A stretch of DNA of 64,000 nt from Candidatus Saccharimonadota bacterium (GTDB lineage: Bacteria > Patescibacteriota > Saccharimonadia > Saccharimonadales > AWTP1-31). Every line of letters begins with the position of its first letter. Position 1 is the stretch's first letter. The position numbers were made by a program, and so were the translations under genes. Where the stretch lies: the NCBI GenBank assembly GCA_052034955.1, contig JBPOHZ010000015.1:26998-90997 (forward strand), written 5' to 3'. The notes under the pieces are model-generated. The model saw only the letters and a program-made list of their open reading frames with translations. It searched no databases and was not told where the DNA came from. Positions 47,552-56,518 of the stretch are shown one piece after another.

Positions 47552-48370
47552 ATGAAACGTGGGCTGGACTCTCTAGGGTTCACTATTATAGAAACGATGA
47601 TTGTGTTGGCTGTATCGGCAGCTATTTTGGTGTCCGCTTTGGGGGTTGTATCGGGATCACAAAACAAGAATTTGTTCAAACAAGCCATGAACGACGTTAA
47701 CGAGCAAATGACAACCGTGATCAATAATGTGGCAAATGGTTACTATCCACGAAATCAGAATCTATCTTGTACTGAGTCTATTGGCGGTACATCACTTAAT
47801 ATTGCCACCGGTACTGGAGACAGGGGTACGGTAAAGAACTGTATTTTCTTGGGACGGGTAGTTCAGTTCCTGGATAACGAAGATTTCTTTAGGATTTATA
47901 GCGTAGCCGGTTTAAGACAAACAGGGACTGTTGTTAAGAAAGAGGTAGAAGGCATGGCCGAAGCGAAGGCTACTACAGTGCCTAGTCCAGACGTAATACC
48001 GCTTAAAAATGGACTAACTGTCGAGGCCGCTCGAGTGGTGGGCGGGGGTAATATCGGAGCGATAGGATTCTTCACCAGTTTCGGACGGACGGCGAGTGGT
48101 CAGTTACAGTCGGGTGCTTTAGCTACGGATTTTGGTCCAATTCCTGGATCTAACTTAACCATTGATTCAGTGGTTTCTCAGGTTATTGATAGTTCAGCGG
48201 CATCCTTCCGCTCTCGATACGACACTGGCGCAACAAAAAATCCTCCAACAGGAGTTCAAGTTTGTTTTAGGAGTGGAACTACAGCAGATGAGTTTGGAAT
48301 AATTCAGATAGGCGGTGGTAACAGGGTTGCGGCCAACGAGATGACGATAAGATTTGGGAGTTGTTGGTAA
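47552..48370 (+). CDS. Minor pilin (FimU/FimT position)
   Basis: G/FTIIETMIV class III signal. Confidence 0.85.
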   Translation: MKRGLDSLGFTIIETMIVLAVSAAILVSALGVVSGSQNKNLFKQAMNDVNEQMTTVINNVANGYYPRNQNLSCTESIGGTSLNIATGTGDRGTVKNCIFLGRVVQFLDNEDFFRIYSVAGLRQTGTVVKKEVEGMAEAKATTVPSPDVIPLKNGLTVEAARVVGGGNIGAIGFFTSFGRTASGQLQSGALATDFGPIPGSNLTIDSVVSQVIDSSAASFRSRYDTGATKNPPTGVQVCFRSGTTADEFGIIQIGGGNRVAANEMTIRFGSCW

Positions 48371-48373
48371 GTT

Positions 48374-48808
48374 ATGGTACGCAATAATCAAACCGGTGAC
48401 ACTATTGTGGAAGTGCTTATTGCCATTGTTGTTGTTAGTTCAGTGCTAGTCGGTGCATTCTCCATAAGCAACCTCAGCCTCAAGCAAATTAGAATGGCCC
48501 AGGAAAGGGGAGAGGCCCAAGAAATTGCAAAGCAATCTACAGAGAACCTTAACAGCATGATTAAGTTCGACGACACGCTTTTAACTAGGACCACTCCTTT
48601 TTGTAAGAGTGCTACAACTTTTGGTGCCGTAGATGTTACTGATGTGGCCTGTTCATCTGGTAGTGAGGGAAGATACAAAACAACTATCACTAAGGATAAT
48701 CCGGGTGATGTCACTGATTTTGGATTTAGAGTAAATGTTAGTTGGCCGGGTTTGACAGGTTCATTACAGGAAGTAACAATTAATTATCGAGTAAAGACTA
48801 CGGACTAA
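48374..48808 (+). CDS. Minor pilin PilV-like
   Basis: G/DTIVEVLIA signal; VNVSW near the C-terminus. Confidence 0.82.
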   Translation: MVRNNQTGDTIVEVLIAIVVVSSVLVGAFSISNLSLKQIRMAQERGEAQEIAKQSTENLNSMIKFDDTLLTRTTPFCKSATTFGAVDVTDVACSSGSEGRYKTTITKDNPGDVTDFGFRVNVSWPGLTGSLQEVTINYRVKTTD

Positions 48809-49419
48809 TGAAGAGCAATAACAATGGATTCACAATTGTAGAGTTAATGATAGCGACTACTGTATTCTCTACGGTTTTGTTGCTATGTACTTTCGGGCTT
48901 ATGGAGATTGGCAAGACCTACTACAAGGGTAGTACTATCGCCCGTACACAGAACGTAGCACGTCAGATAGTAACTACACTATCGGAAGCAGTTCAATATG
49001 GATCTTCGGAGCCAACTTTCACAGGAACGCCACCAAACGAAGTTGTGGCCTCAATTCTTACGGCTTCCAATGGGGTCTTCTGTATCGGCGATTCCAGGTT
49101 TACGTACTCAAGTGCCGTTGCTAACGGTACATCAAACGGCCTAGTTATTGATAACAAGCCCCCGGGATCCTGTGTAGCATCAGCTATATCTAATGGCAAA
49201 CAACTCCTAGGAACTAATATGAGGTTGACTAGATTTCAGATACTCAAAAACGGAGGCAATTACAACATAATTGTTAAAGTTACTTACGGCGACACGGACT
49301 TGATTAATCTGGTTGATGTCTCTCAGCCGGTCTATGGTAGCTGTAACGGAGGCAGGGGAAGCCAATTCTGTGCCGCTTCACAGCTAGAGACCACTGTACA
49401 CAGACGACTAAGTAGTTAA
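48808..49419 (+). CDS. Minor pilin PilW-like
   Basis: G/FTIVELMIA signal. Confidence 0.82.
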   Translation: MKSNNNGFTIVELMIATTVFSTVLLLCTFGLMEIGKTYYKGSTIARTQNVARQIVTTLSEAVQYGSSEPTFTGTPPNEVVASILTASNGVFCIGDSRFTYSSAVANGTSNGLVIDNKPPGSCVASAISNGKQLLGTNMRLTRFQILKNGGNYNIIVKVTYGDTDLINLVDVSQPVYGSCNGGRGSQFCAASQLETTVHRRLSS

Positions 49420-49440
49420 TAATATAAGCATAAGGTTAAT

Positions 49441-50457
49441 ATGAAGAAACTGACGAATCTACGAAACAATCAAGACGGACTGGTGGCGATCATTGTGACC
49501 ATGTTAATTATGATTGTCTTAACTCTTATCGTTACTGGATTTGCCCAGCTGGCCCGTCGTGAACAAAGGGAAGCACTAGATCGCCAGTTATCAACTCAGG
49601 CATTTTATGCAGTTGAGTCAGGAATAAACGATGCCCGGAGGCTATTAAAAACCACTCCAGCACTTGTCGCTGGTGGAAACAAGGATAACTGTGCAACTAC
49701 CGATTCATCATTAGATAGCGGCAGTACTTTCCAATACACCTGTCTGTTAATTACACAGCGGTTAACCAGTCTAAAGTACCAAAACGTTCAGACTAATAAA
49801 TCGACTGTTGTGCCAATAAATCAAGATCTAGCCAGTGGATCTACTAATGATAAGCTAACCATATCATGGCAGAACAAAGACGGCTCCAACAACCTATATA
49901 CAGGAACTGGATTCCCTCCAGCTACAACCTGGAATAGTGACTTTGTAGGAGTACTTAGGATAGATATTACAGAGGCGGATGTTTTGTCTACCAATAGTCT
50001 TACCTCTAAAACATATACCGCCTTTTTAAGGCCTAGCTCAGATATGTCGGTTCCAGGTACCACAAGCTTTACAACTGTTCCTAGCGAGCAGGGACAGGTG
50101 ATCAATGCAAAGTGTAACGGTACCGGTAAAAAGTTGTGTTTTGTCACAATAGATGGCATCAGGGACACAAGCAAATATTATCTACGCATGAAATCAATCT
50201 ATAACGTTGCCGATGTTGACATCTGCGGAGGCAATTTCTCTTGTAGTAACAACGTCGTACTTACTAATGCCCAGGCAGAAGTTGACGTTACCGGTAGAGC
50301 GGGCGACATTCTTAAGAGAGTTCAAGTAAGACTCCCTGTAGAAGAGCTAAGTGGAAACGAAATAACTACTCCAGAATATGCCTTAGAGAGCTCGGATAGT
50401 ATCTGTAAGCTTATCTCTGTATGGCCAGGCGGTGGTAATGCTGGTGTCTGCCCTTAG
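49441..50457 (+). CDS. Minor pilin PilX-like
   Basis: G/LVAIIVT without Glu5, and the QAFYAVESGINDA PilX N-terminal motif. Confidence 0.85.
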   Translation: MKKLTNLRNNQDGLVAIIVTMLIMIVLTLIVTGFAQLARREQREALDRQLSTQAFYAVESGINDARRLLKTTPALVAGGNKDNCATTDSSLDSGSTFQYTCLLITQRLTSLKYQNVQTNKSTVVPINQDLASGSTNDKLTISWQNKDGSNNLYTGTGFPPATTWNSDFVGVLRIDITEADVLSTNSLTSKTYTAFLRPSSDMSVPGTTSFTTVPSEQGQVINAKCNGTGKKLCFVTIDGIRDTSKYYLRMKSIYNVADVDICGGNFSCSNNVVLTNAQAEVDVTGRAGDILKRVQVRLPVEELSGNEITTPEYALESSDSICKLISVWPGGGNAGVCP

Positions 50458-50460
50458 TAA

Positions 50461-51381
50461 CTAGTCAGATTTATTATGGAACTTCTCGTGGACCGATTTT
50501 AGGTGCGGGTCGGTGACGTGAGTGTATATCTGGGTCGTGGCAATATTGCTGTGTCCCAACATGCTTTGGACGCTCCTGATGTCGGCACCATTCATAAGTA
50601 GGTCAGTGGCGAAGCTGTGGCGTAGGGTGTGCGGCGACACATGTTTGGTTATACCAGCCAGTAGGGCAGTTTTTGCAACCATTCTTTGGACGCTGCGGGC
50701 TGTTAGCCTATGAAAGTTGCCGCTGGTGTCTATTTTTTTCTGACCACTGTAACGAACGAATAATGGCTTAACATTATCTTGCCTCTGACCCAGGTATTTA
50801 GTCAGCCAGTCTGCCGCTTCGGGGCTAATAAAGATCGGCCGGTCTTTTTGGCCCTTACCTCTGACAGTGAACTCTCGTCGTTTTAAGTTTATATGATCTC
50901 TATCTAATCCCACTAGCTCCGATACACGCAGGCCACTGCTAAAAAGAAGCTCTAGTATTGCTCTGTCTCGTAAGCCCATGATATTGCTGATATTACAGGC
51001 TGCAAGAAGCCGTTCTACCTCCTCTGGAGTTAAAAAGGTGACCTGTTTGCGAGTAGTTCTGGCCAATTCTACTTTATCGGCACTCAGGGCAGCTATATCT
51101 CGCTTGGCGCAATATTTAAGAAAGCTACGTAGGGCAATTAGGTGATAGTTCTGAGTTGTCTTTTGGAGCTCGTCGCTCGTATTGGTCCCCAAACGGTTCA
51201 GCCATAGACGCCATTTTCTTACCAGCTCCGGAGTTACGTCGGAGACTTGTATCTCTCCAGCGTAATCAGTTAAACGAGTTAGGTAGTGATCGTAGTTAGC
51301 AATGGTCTTTTGGGAACGATTCTGTTCAATCTCTAGGTACTCTAGGAAATCGGTTTTTACTTTACTAAGTAGCATAGACAT
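50461..51381 (-). CDS. XerC/XerD-family tyrosine recombinase
   Basis: SAM-like N-domain, RDRAILELLFSSGLRVSEL, GKGQKDR, HTLRHSFAT and LGHSNIATTQIYT. Start is at 51381 or 51375. Confidence 0.95.
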   Translation of the reverse strand: MSMLLSKVKTDFLEYLEIEQNRSQKTIANYDHYLTRLTDYAGEIQVSDVTPELVRKWRLWLNRLGTNTSDELQKTTQNYHLIALRSFLKYCAKRDIAALSADKVELARTTRKQVTFLTPEEVERLLAACNISNIMGLRDRAILELLFSSGLRVSELVGLDRDHINLKRREFTVRGKGQKDRPIFISPEAADWLTKYLGQRQDNVKPLFVRYSGQKKIDTSGNFHRLTARSVQRMVAKTALLAGITKHVSPHTLRHSFATDLLMNGADIRSVQSMLGHSNIATTQIYTHVTDPHLKSVHEKFHNKSD

Positions 51382-51477
51382 TACTATATATAGGCTGCTC
51401 CTGGTAGTCGAGTAGATACGCTCATGACAAACGCCTCCCAATCTGTTAAAATAAGCTAAAAGTAAAAAAGGAAATAC

Positions 51478-51996
51478 ATGGAACGAACCCTCATTATTCT
51501 AAAACCAGATGCAGTACAAAGGGGCATAACGGGCGAGATTATTTCTCGATTTGAACGAGCTGGACTCAAGATAATCGGTACAAAAATGCTTCAACCCGAC
51601 TATGACCACTTTTACAAGCACTACGAGGGTATAAGTAAAATGGTTTCCAGGCGAGGCGAGAAGCCATTTCAGCTTACTCTAGAGATGATGCAAAGCGGAC
51701 CGGTAATCGCGTATGTCCTTGAGGGGCTAAGTGCTGTTTCGTTAGTACGTAAGATGGTTGGAGATACTGAGCCTCAAAAAGCACTCCCCGGTACAATACG
51801 TGGCGATTATGCCCATATGGGATTTGCTCATGCTGACGAGCGAGAAGTAGGGGTGCCGAATCTTATCCATGCCTCAGGTGATCCTGGCGAAGCAGAACAG
51901 GAAATTGCTCACTGGTTTAGCGAGGCTGAACTCTTTGAATACCAGACTGTTCACGAAGGCTTAACTCTAGCTACAAAACCAAAGTCGAAGAAATAA
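51478..51996 (+). CDS. ndk: Nucleoside diphosphate kinase
   Basis: ERTLIILKPDAVQRG, PGTIRGD and NLIHAS. Confidence 0.97.
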   Translation: MERTLIILKPDAVQRGITGEIISRFERAGLKIIGTKMLQPDYDHFYKHYEGISKMVSRRGEKPFQLTLEMMQSGPVIAYVLEGLSAVSLVRKMVGDTEPQKALPGTIRGDYAHMGFAHADEREVGVPNLIHASGDPGEAEQEIAHWFSEAELFEYQTVHEGLTLATKPKSKK

Positions 51997-52000
51997 AAAA

Positions 52001-52025
52001 GCCGGCCATATAGGCCGGCGCTTTT
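52001..52025. terminator. Terminator between convergent ndk and tRNA-Arg
   Basis: GCCGGCC-ATATA-GGCCGGC flanked by A-run and T-run. Confidence 0.75.
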
Positions 52026-52027
52026 AT

Positions 52028-52102
52028 TGGTATCCCCAAACGGATTCGAACCGCTATCTACTCCTTAGGACGGAGGTATTCTATCCATTGAACTATGGGG
52101 AC
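52028..52102 (-). tRNA. tRNA-Arg(CCT)
   Basis: Cloverleaf GTCCCCA...TGGGGAT-A-CCA, anticodon loop GTCCTAA and TTCGAAT T-loop. Confidence 0.92.
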
Positions 52103-52172
52103 AGGGATGTGACTAGTATACAGTACATTTGGAGCTGTACACCACTTCTTATAACTAGGGTATAATACGCTT

Positions 52173-52730
52173 ATGGCTCAAAAACAAACATCTAAAAAGA
52201 GGTTTGAAGACCAGTTTGATGACGAAGAAGTGCTTTTTGTCTTTCGTAAACACCCGATTGTAATGCGTAAGGGGCTAGTTCTGGCTTGTCTGGGGCCGCT
52301 TATTGGTATTATCCCGGCTGCCGTTAGGCCGACACTTGGCTTTGGATACTTCTTTGGGGGTCTATTTGCTGGCTTTGTCCTTGGGTTCTTGTTTATCCTT
52401 CCATCTTGGATCGCCTGGTACTACAGTGTCTTTATAATTACCGACCAACGATTTATTCAAATAACTCAGAGGGGGTTATTCCACCGAAGTGTAGTCGATC
52501 TTGGATTATCTAAGATCCAGTCTACTAATTACGAGGTAAGAGGAATACAGGCAACTCTGCTTAGTTTTGGTACAATAGTAATACAGACTTACATGGGTGA
52601 TATGGTTATCCATGAAGTTCATCATCCAGCTAGGGTAATCAAGAAGATGTCTAACATCCTTCGAGAGCAGGGTATAATTGCCGAGGATATGACCGAAGAT
52701 CAAGTAGAACAGCAAAAGGGTGAGAAATGA
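52173..52730 (+). CDS. Bacterial PH-domain membrane protein
   Basis: FRKHP, two TMs, IITDQR...QRGLF...KIQS...FGTIVIQT. Confidence 0.85.
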   Translation: MAQKQTSKKRFEDQFDDEEVLFVFRKHPIVMRKGLVLACLGPLIGIIPAAVRPTLGFGYFFGGLFAGFVLGFLFILPSWIAWYYSVFIITDQRFIQITQRGLFHRSVVDLGLSKIQSTNYEVRGIQATLLSFGTIVIQTYMGDMVIHEVHHPARVIKKMSNILREQGIIAEDMTEDQVEQQKGEK

Positions 52731-53788
52731 AGAAATACGTACAAAAACTCAAGGACCGCAAAGAAGCCAAAGCTAAGAGGTCAGAAGTTGCCCTAGTAGA
52801 GGCATCCAACCCAAAGATAACCAACGAGACTGTGGCCGAGCACCGCGAAGAAGTACTGTCCAGTGCCCGTAAGTACATTTATCCATTGCAGCATTCTAAG
52901 CATAAGATAGTGGTTATTACTACGACCTTATTTATCGTTACATTGGTAGCATTTGTTAGTTACACTACACTGTCGCTATATAAACTAAAGTCTAACTCAT
53001 CATTTCTGTATGGTGTTACTAAGGTCTTTCCGTTTCCGGTGGCAAAAGCCGGTGGTAATTTTGTAGCCTACGAAAATTACCTGTTTGAGCTACGCCATTA
53101 TATTCACTACTATCGTAACCAACAAAAGTTAGACTTTGATTCAGAGTCAGGGCGACAACAACTTGCCGAATTCAAGAAGAGAGCTCTAGATAAAGTGGTC
53201 AACGATGCCTATGTAAAGCAACTTGCTAAGCAAAATAACGTTACTGTCAGTAATCAAGAGGTACAAGCCGAGATAAAGATAGTGCGCGACCAGAACAGGC
53301 TCGGCGGTAGTGACAAAGTGTTTGAAGATGTACTAAAAGAGTACTGGGGTTGGTCTGTTACGGACTTCGAAAGAAGCCTTCAGCAACAACTCTTAGCCCA
53401 AAAACTGCTACCAATATTGGATAAAGAGCTAGTTGCTAAGGCTCAGGCCGCCAAATCTGAGCTAGATAACAAAGCCGACTTTGCTAAGGTTGCTCAAAAA
53501 TACTCGGACGATACAATAACCAAAGATAACGGTGGAGAGATCGACGGCGAGATAGACCGTTCCAATAGAGAAATAGCAGCTCAAACTGTCTCGACATTGT
53601 TTAGTCTTAAGCCAGGGCAGTACTCTACGGTCATTAATACCGGATACAGCCTAGAGATAGTAAAGAGTCTAGATAAGCAGGGCGACAAGGCTCGTGCCGC
53701 GCATATTGTATTCAACTTCAAAGACATAGACGCCTATCTAAATGACTTCAAAGATCAGAAAAAAGCTAGTCTATATATCAAGCTCTAA
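52727..53788 (+). CDS. PrsA/SurA-type foldase (parvulin-like)
   Basis: TM, SurA N-domain and DFAKVAQKYSDD...NGGE, AAHI. Confidence 0.88.
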   Translation: MKKYVQKLKDRKEAKAKRSEVALVEASNPKITNETVAEHREEVLSSARKYIYPLQHSKHKIVVITTTLFIVTLVAFVSYTTLSLYKLKSNSSFLYGVTKVFPFPVAKAGGNFVAYENYLFELRHYIHYYRNQQKLDFDSESGRQQLAEFKKRALDKVVNDAYVKQLAKQNNVTVSNQEVQAEIKIVRDQNRLGGSDKVFEDVLKEYWGWSVTDFERSLQQQLLAQKLLPILDKELVAKAQAAKSELDNKADFAKVAQKYSDDTITKDNGGEIDGEIDRSNREIAAQTVSTLFSLKPGQYSTVINTGYSLEIVKSLDKQGDKARAAHIVFNFKDIDAYLNDFKDQKKASLYIKL

Positions 53789-53808
53789 TCTGTTAGAGCT
53801 GAGTAAAT

Positions 53809-54498
53809 TTATTGTTCAAAACTCATCCCGAAGTCGGGATTAATACCATCGGACTCTATAATTTCTTCAGGAAGTTCACGGACTTGATCAAGCATCTCAA
53901 CGTTGATATTTTTAACATAACTTCTGTCTTTTTCCTGCGAAGTAATCCTTAAATATTCATATAGATTTTCGTTTGTTAAGGGCACATACCCATCCTCAAC
54001 AAGCTGCACGGCAAGGGGGTTGTCGTTTGAAACACCCGAACTAAAGTTTGGTGATCCTGCCCACTGCAGTGTTCCGTCTTCACCTAGGAATTGCCCGAAA
54101 GTAACGTCAGCCAAGAATTTTTCACCGTCAATGGTTAGGAGGTTAAATCCATGCTGGAATGCTTCTGGGTATCTATTGCCCGAAGCCAGGGAATGTAAAT
54201 CCAGAAGTTGAACCTTCTTGCTAACTGCATCAAAACCATCACGTTGACTTTGGTCATTTAATACATATCCAAGGATATCTGGCCCTAAGTTACAATCTCC
54301 CCACATTCTGGTGGATCTGCTATCGGAATTACCTCTGGCAACCCAGCCTCTTTCAAATCGCTCGATCACATTTTCAAGTCTTGCGCTAGGTGTTGGTTCC
54401 TGTTCTAGGCCGTCAATCATTGCTCTGGCAAACATCTTGGCATGTTCTTCCGGTAATCTAGCTGTAGGGTCGGTAATATAGGACTGTTGCTCGGTCAT
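53809..54498 (-). CDS. Putative transglutaminase/papain-like Cys-His-Asp protein
   Basis: WGDC...QHGF...LADVTFGQF triad spacing. Confidence 0.6.
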   Translation of the reverse strand: MTEQQSYITDPTARLPEEHAKMFARAMIDGLEQEPTPSARLENVIERFERGWVARGNSDSRSTRMWGDCNLGPDILGYVLNDQSQRDGFDAVSKKVQLLDLHSLASGNRYPEAFQHGFNLLTIDGEKFLADVTFGQFLGEDGTLQWAGSPNFSSGVSNDNPLAVQLVEDGYVPLTNENLYEYLRITSQEKDRSYVKNINVEMLDQVRELPEEIIESDGINPDFGMSFEQ

Positions 54499-54731
54499 TT
54501 CTGGCTACTTTTTCGGTTAGCGATAAAAGTGATCACTGTTGCTGCAGCTATCCAGTTAGGCACTATGAATAGAACTGCTTCACCGGGCGATGATGTTGTA
54601 TTCATGCCAAGTATCATTGCAAACACTACGTACCCTACAAATATTGCGTAGACAACATAGCCCGCCTTACTAGAGGGGAGGAAACTGCCACGAACCGGCC
54701 TAAACCACGTAACTTTTGTTTTTCTTGCCAT
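54495..54731 (-). CDS. Small 2-TM membrane protein
   Basis: WFRPVRGSFLP followed by two TMs; TGcTATAAT-6 nt-ATG. Confidence 0.7.
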   Translation of the reverse strand: MARKTKVTWFRPVRGSFLPSSKAGYVVYAIFVGYVVFAMILGMNTTSSPGEAVLFIVPNWIAAATVITFIANRKSSQK

Positions 54732-54891
54732 GCCTAAATTATAGCATTAGTAAATTGGCGGGCTTGGAGGCTGTTTTCTGAAAGCTTTAAAAATCTGGCT
54801 TAGGCTTTGGTTCGTGCCATACCGTCGAATGAACGTATGAGGTAGCTGCGGGGAGTGGTACTCCAACCGTGCCGTACTTTAGAGATTTGGA

Positions 54892-55389
54892 CTATACGCT
54901 CACAAGAGATTTGCTTAGTACAACGTCTTCGCCCGCACCCAGCCCGTAAAGGTCTGCTACTTCCTGGATCTCGTACCCATGATTGATTAAAAATGCGACC
55001 ATGTCGGTGTTCGTAACTTTTGTGTCGACCAGAACAGTTTCAACTCCAGGGAAGTCGGCCATTGCTTCAATCTCGGTGTTTCTAAGTAAAAAGCTTCCAA
55101 CCAAGCGGCCCTGGCCTTCTGGCACTACTGATAAGTTGCGGATCTCTAGCACATTTGATCTTTCAGGGTGCCGCTGAAAGATTGCCGCACCAACTGGTAC
55201 GCCATTGTACTGAGCGAGTAGTGCGCGCTTCACCTCATCCTCTAATTGCCCTATGGTCTTATCTATCCATTCGCTGTGAGCAGGGTAGTCAGCTTCTGTT
55301 GGGATCCAGAGTCTAGGACTACGTAGTAAGGTGACGACTTCATCGATCTCGCATGAGGATAACTCATTAGTGAATCTAAAGTCTGCCAT
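54892..55389 (-). CDS. GNAT-family acetyltransferase (cassette C)
   Basis: EIRNLSVVPEGQGRLVGSFLL acetyl-CoA motif A and N...FLINHGY. Start at ATG 55389, just below the repeat-borne promoter. Confidence 0.85.
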   Translation of the reverse strand: MADFRFTNELSSCEIDEVVTLLRSPRLWIPTEADYPAHSEWIDKTIGQLEDEVKRALLAQYNGVPVGAAIFQRHPERSNVLEIRNLSVVPEGQGRLVGSFLLRNTEIEAMADFPGVETVLVDTKVTNTDMVAFLINHGYEIQEVADLYGLGAGEDVVLSKSLVSV

Positions 55390-55394
55390 TGAAA

Positions 55395-55447
55395 CAAAAA
55401 ATACCATAAAAATGGTATTTTGTATACTTTGCGGGCCGTAACTTTAG
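55395..55447 (-). repeat. 53-bp cassette junction/promoter repeat, copy 1
   Basis: 52/53 identical to 55925..55977; contains a 10-4-10 palindrome and -35/-10 boxes. Confidence 0.95.
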
Positions 55448-55920
55448 CTCACAAGCTTTTGTGTCAGTGTGACAGGGACAGGTTCTACTACATTACGCCT
55501 AATACTAAGACAAGCGGCACTTCCTACTGTAAAATTCCTGCAAATGTATGGTCTATCTTCGTATTCATCACAAAATCCGTCAGTAGTTAGGAATGCACAA
55601 TCACCATTCATCTTATATAGTCCTTGCCCTGGTCGCATTGTAAGTGCGGATTCAGCCACACCAAGCCAGAACGCTTTCTCTAAGTCATTTTCAGCATCCA
55701 CTGACAATTGCTTTATACCGTCAGTATTCTTTGACCAGCAAAAGAGCTCTTCTTCATCAGGCTCAATAGTAGGCTCAAGAACCAGTGTTTGCATAGGCGG
55801 CAGGATTCGTAGTAATTCGGCTCCAGCCTCCCTTAATCTGATTGCTTCATCAGCGTAAAGAGCAAGTCTTACGTTTGAACAGCAGGCACCCATACATCTT
55901 TCGGGATTAAACTCAGTCAT
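55444..55920 (-). CDS. YkgJ-family cysteine-cluster (Fe-S/Zn) protein (cassette B)
   Basis: CMGACC...CAFL...CDEYEDRPYICRNF. Confidence 0.85.
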   Translation of the reverse strand: MTEFNPERCMGACCSNVRLALYADEAIRLREAGAELLRILPPMQTLVLEPTIEPDEEELFCWSKNTDGIKQLSVDAENDLEKAFWLGVAESALTMRPGQGLYKMNGDCAFLTTDGFCDEYEDRPYICRNFTVGSAACLSIRRNVVEPVPVTLTQKLVS

Positions 55921-55924
55921 AAAG

Positions 55925-55977
55925 CAAAAAATACCATAAAAATGGTATTTTGTCTACTTTGCGGGCCGTAACTTTAG
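55925..55977 (-). repeat. 53-bp cassette junction/promoter repeat, copy 2
   Basis: CAAAAAATACCATAAAAATGGTATTTTGTCTACTTTGCGGGCCGTAACTTTAG. Confidence 0.95.
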
Positions 55978-55993
55978 TTATCTGGAACAATTT

Positions 55994-56512
55994 TTATTGC
56001 TCGGCAGGTGTTGCCGAGAGCTGTTGCATGAGCTCTACCGTTGCGGCGAGTTCAGGGGTGGGACCAGCGATAGGTTTTGTTACATAGTGGGTTTCTGCGA
56101 AGAAACCGCTTTCTGTCTCTGTATCTGGCTGAGTAGGTAAGGATTCTGGGTTGATTGATAGAGAAGTTTTACCCTCATAAGTATAGCTATGGATTACACC
56201 AGGAGGCACGACTCCATGGAGAAAAGTAACAGGTGCAGGAGATCGTCTAAAAGCAATGCCCCTAAAGTAGCGTGGGAGAGCGCCAGAGTTTATCGCATCA
56301 GTTGCCGCTTCGCTTATTTCGTCGGGCGTTAGACCTCTTTGCTCAGCTTCTGTTGCAAAATTGTTCATTTGTTGTCGTGCTTCATCTAGAAGAGAGTAGG
56401 CCGTATTATGAAGAGTGGGTGTATATTCAGTTGGTGAATTAGGCTTAGCATCCAACGGTTCTGCTATTGGTTCGGTAGCAGGTGCGGGGTTTCTATTCTT
56501 TCGAAGGAACAT
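55994..56512 (-). CDS. Hypothetical protein (cassette A)
   Basis: 172-aa ORF starting 6 nt below TAGACA-17-TAATAT. Confidence 0.65.
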   Translation of the reverse strand: MFLRKNRNPAPATEPIAEPLDAKPNSPTEYTPTLHNTAYSLLDEARQQMNNFATEAEQRGLTPDEISEAATDAINSGALPRYFRGIAFRRSPAPVTFLHGVVPPGVIHSYTYEGKTSLSINPESLPTQPDTETESGFFAETHYVTKPIAGPTPELAATVELMQQLSATPAEQ

Positions 56513-56518
56513 AAAAAA

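Noticed and set aside
50461-51381. Tyrosine recombinase as an integron integrase with attC cassettes
   Set aside because: It lacks the IntI-specific insertion before the HxLRH box, and the junctions have no RYYYAAC...GTTRRRY attC stem. It is more likely the housekeeping Xer. A role in trans remains open.
53802-54756. AGTAAATT direct repeat flanking the 53809..54731 gene pair
   Set aside because: An AT-rich 8-mer with no associated inverted repeats; compatible with chance.
54787-54891. 34-codon in-frame continuation after the GNAT TAG stop (possible read-through or recoding)
   Set aside because: The GNAT domain is complete at TAG, and TAG terminates many core genes here. It is more likely chance or a remnant of a displaced gene.
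55395-55977. 53-bp palindromic direct repeats as a CRISPR array
   Set aside because: The spacer is 477 bp and contains a whole gene, there are only 2 full copies, and no cas genes are in the window.
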